Source: Eledone cirrhosa
Lineage: Eukaryota
NCBI GenBank assembly: GCA_964016885.1
Contig: OZ024754.1
Coordinates: 22,754,001-22,818,000, forward strand
DNA length: 64,000 nt
Direction of reading: 5' to 3'
The position numbers and the translations under genes were made by a program. Positions within the stretch are counted from its first letter, which is position 1. The number at the start of each line of letters is the position of its first letter. The notes beneath the pieces are model-generated. The model saw only the letters and a program-made list of their open reading frames with translations, searched no databases and was not told where the DNA came from. Shown here piece by piece: positions 61,475-64,000 of this stretch.

Positions 61475-62864
61475 TTGTTTATCAACAGATAACACAAACT
61501 TCCATAACTTTCCTTCTTAACTTTTGTATGTTTTATGTGATTCTACAAAGTCTACAGGCCTTTAAAAACTGATGGCGTTTTAGGGGCTCTGTTGTGGGTA
61601 TTTAAAACTGGTGGAGCCCATCGCTGTACAGGTTTGAAAAGAATGAGAGAAAAACATAGTAGAAGAATTGACCCAAGTATTAGACTGGTACTTTATTTAT
61701 TGATCTTGAAAAGATGAAAGGCAAAGTTGTCCTTGGCAGGATTTGAACTGAGAGTGCAGAGAGCTGGATTGAATACTGTAAAACAGTTTACCATATCATT
61801 CATTTTATGAGGCTTCGATTTAGATATGGACATATTACAGGCAGTTACAAATTTAGATTTAGATATGGACATATTACAGGCAGTTACAAACAGATTGGTA
61901 TTAAATAAAAGATAGAACAAATGATAAAAACCCATTAAAAAATAAAAAAAAGGTGGGCTGGGCTAAGTATAGAATTGATTCCCTATTTAAAGAATTTCTC
62001 CAAAACTCAAGATTTCTGAAGAAACAAAGTCAAACTGTTTCTCCTGAAATGTTAGGAGTTTAATTTGAAAGGATTTTTATTTTTTCAAAAAAGGAGTTTC
62101 CTAAGTAATTTCTGCAGTCAGTGGGGATGTTCATGGCTGGAAAGTAAAACAAAGAAATATTTTATTATTAGACAGCAAAAAGAAATGGACTTGTGTTTTC
62201 ATTAACACTTAAGTGTCATAAGATCATAATTTGGGGGATTATTAAGGATGATTTTTTTTTGGTATTTATGTGGCAGAGTTGTTAGAACACCAGACAAAAT
62301 ACTTTGTAATATTTGATTCAGCTCTCTGTGCTTTGAGTTTAAATCTTGTCACGGTCAACTTTGCCTTTCATCCCCTTAATCCTTTAGTTACCAAACCGGC
62401 GCCGGTTCTATAAAATAAAACCACTCATTTTAAAGGTTTCTAATTTAAATCAAAATCTTCCAACATATTTTTTTTATAAGAACCTTATTTCAAGTTACTA
62501 TCTTAGTAATGAAATAGTTAATACACTTAGTAAATCCCTCAAAAGTCTTCATTAATTAATTAAAATAGAGTGTATTTCATTGGATATGTGGTCATTTGAG
62601 TGTTGGGCTCATGATCATATGGTTGTGAATTTGATTCCTGGATCAGGTATCGCATAGTGTTTTTGAGCAAGACACTTTATTTCACACAGCTTCAGTCCTC
62701 TCAGCAGCTGCATTAGTCTGTTCTTTTCCTTTGAATAACACTGGTACCATGGAGAGAGGAGACTGGTATGTGTAGCTGAGTGAGCGACTGATGGTTTTCC
62801 ACAAAACACCTTCACCAGGCTTGAGCTTCAGAGATGAAGTTTCTAGGTGTAAACCCTATATATA

Positions 62865-64000
62865 TAGGTAAAGGGGATGTTCTGGAGAGGAGCAATTATA
62901 GGGGCATAAAGCTAATGGATCAGGTTATGAAAGTGGCAGAGAGAATATTGGTGCAACTAATTAGAGAAAGGGTCAAATTAGATGAGATGCAGTTTGGTTT
63001 TGTGCCTGGGAAAAGTACAACAGGTGCCCTCTTCTTAGTGAGACAACTACAAGAAAGGTTCTTAGAGAAAAATAAGCCACTATACTTAGCTTTTGTTGAC
63101 CTAGAGAAGGCCTTTGATAGGGTACCCCGATCTGACATCTGGTGGTCCCTAAGGAAACTAGGTGTAGAGGAATGGCTTGTGAGGACAGTGCAAGCTATGT
63201 ACAGAGAAGGAATGGAGTTTAGTGAGGAATTCCAGATACAAGTAGGAGTACATCAGGGTCTGGTCCTCAGCCCGCTCTTGTTCATTATAGTTTTCCAAGA
63301 CATAACAGAGGAGTTTAAGACTGGCTGCCCATGGGAACTTCTCTATGCTGACGATCTAGTTCTTATAGCAGAATCAGTAGAGGAGCTAGAGAATAAATTC
63401 TGGCTATGGAAACAGCAGTTGGAATCAAGAGGACTGAGAGTGAACATAGCTAAGACAAAAGTGTTGATAAGTAGAAAAGAGGACAAAACTCTGATTCCAT
63501 CAGGGAAATGGCCATGTTCGATATGTAAAAAAAGGAACTGGCATAAATTCTATAAAATGTACACAAGAGATGTAGTGGGATAGCATGCAAGCTAACAGGT
63601 AGGGAAAACTACATATGCAGTAGAGATACAGGGAAATTTGACAGTAGTAATCACAGTGATAGACACATTTTTCAAATGCAGATGGGTTCTATAGAAGCTT
63701 CGGGTATCTAGGTGATCAGATTAGCATGGGAGGGGTGGGGTGTTCTGAGGCCATAGTATCTAGAATAAGGACGGCATGGAAGAAGTTTAGGGAGCAACTT
63801 CCTCTGTTGACAAAGAAGGTTTCTCCCTGCGTACGAAAAGCCGGTTATATAATGCCTGTGTGAGTTGCCCAATGCTGCATGGTAGTGAGACATGGGCAGC
63901 AACTACAGAGGATATGCGACAGCTGGAAAAAAATGAAGCAAGCATGCTCCATTGGATGTGCGTGAACGACCAAATATAGTTGAGTTGAGAGAGAAACTGT
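62865..64000 (+). mobile_element. Older RTE copy (RT region), runs off the window
   Basis: SNYRGIKL, QFGF, FVDLEKAFD, YADD; degenerate downstream. Confidence 0.9.

Noticed and set aside
61490-61640. Possible plus-strand exon of a divergent gene (ctacag...gtttga)
   Set aside because: Splice signals are weak, the peptide is unrecognisable and I found no partner exons.

Overview
AT-rich, repeat-dense animal genomic DNA. The SINE, RTE and microsatellite content resembles an octopus or other cephalopod genome (inference). The window holds one complete host gene on the minus strand: an Artemis (DCLRE1C/SNM1C) orthologue. I assembled it by hand from 11 coding exons between 55611 (ATG) and 1471 (TAG). 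All introns are GT-AG, phases are consistent, and the CDS is 4689 nt (1562 aa), more than twice human Artemis (692 aa). The metallo-beta-lactamase/beta-CASP catalytic motifs are intact. The extra length lies in a 3.5 kb last exon with two related 45-bp (15-aa) tandem arrays: about 11 TSQ-x-C units (PIKK-type SQ sites) and about 38 near-perfect S-P-K-P units. SIM-like and NLS-like motifs follow. Intron 5 is filled by a ~19.3 kb (GGT)n-derived block with kb-scale internal duplications. The other introns and flanks carry retroelement copies and fragments: RTE (with a PHD finger inside the RT), CR1-like, Tx1/L1-like, CRE-like, R4/Dong-like and Penelope-like (with a hammerhead remnant). There are also tRNA-derived SINEs, a piggyBac-like MITE and several minisatellites. 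No database searches were run; family calls rest on recognised motifs.
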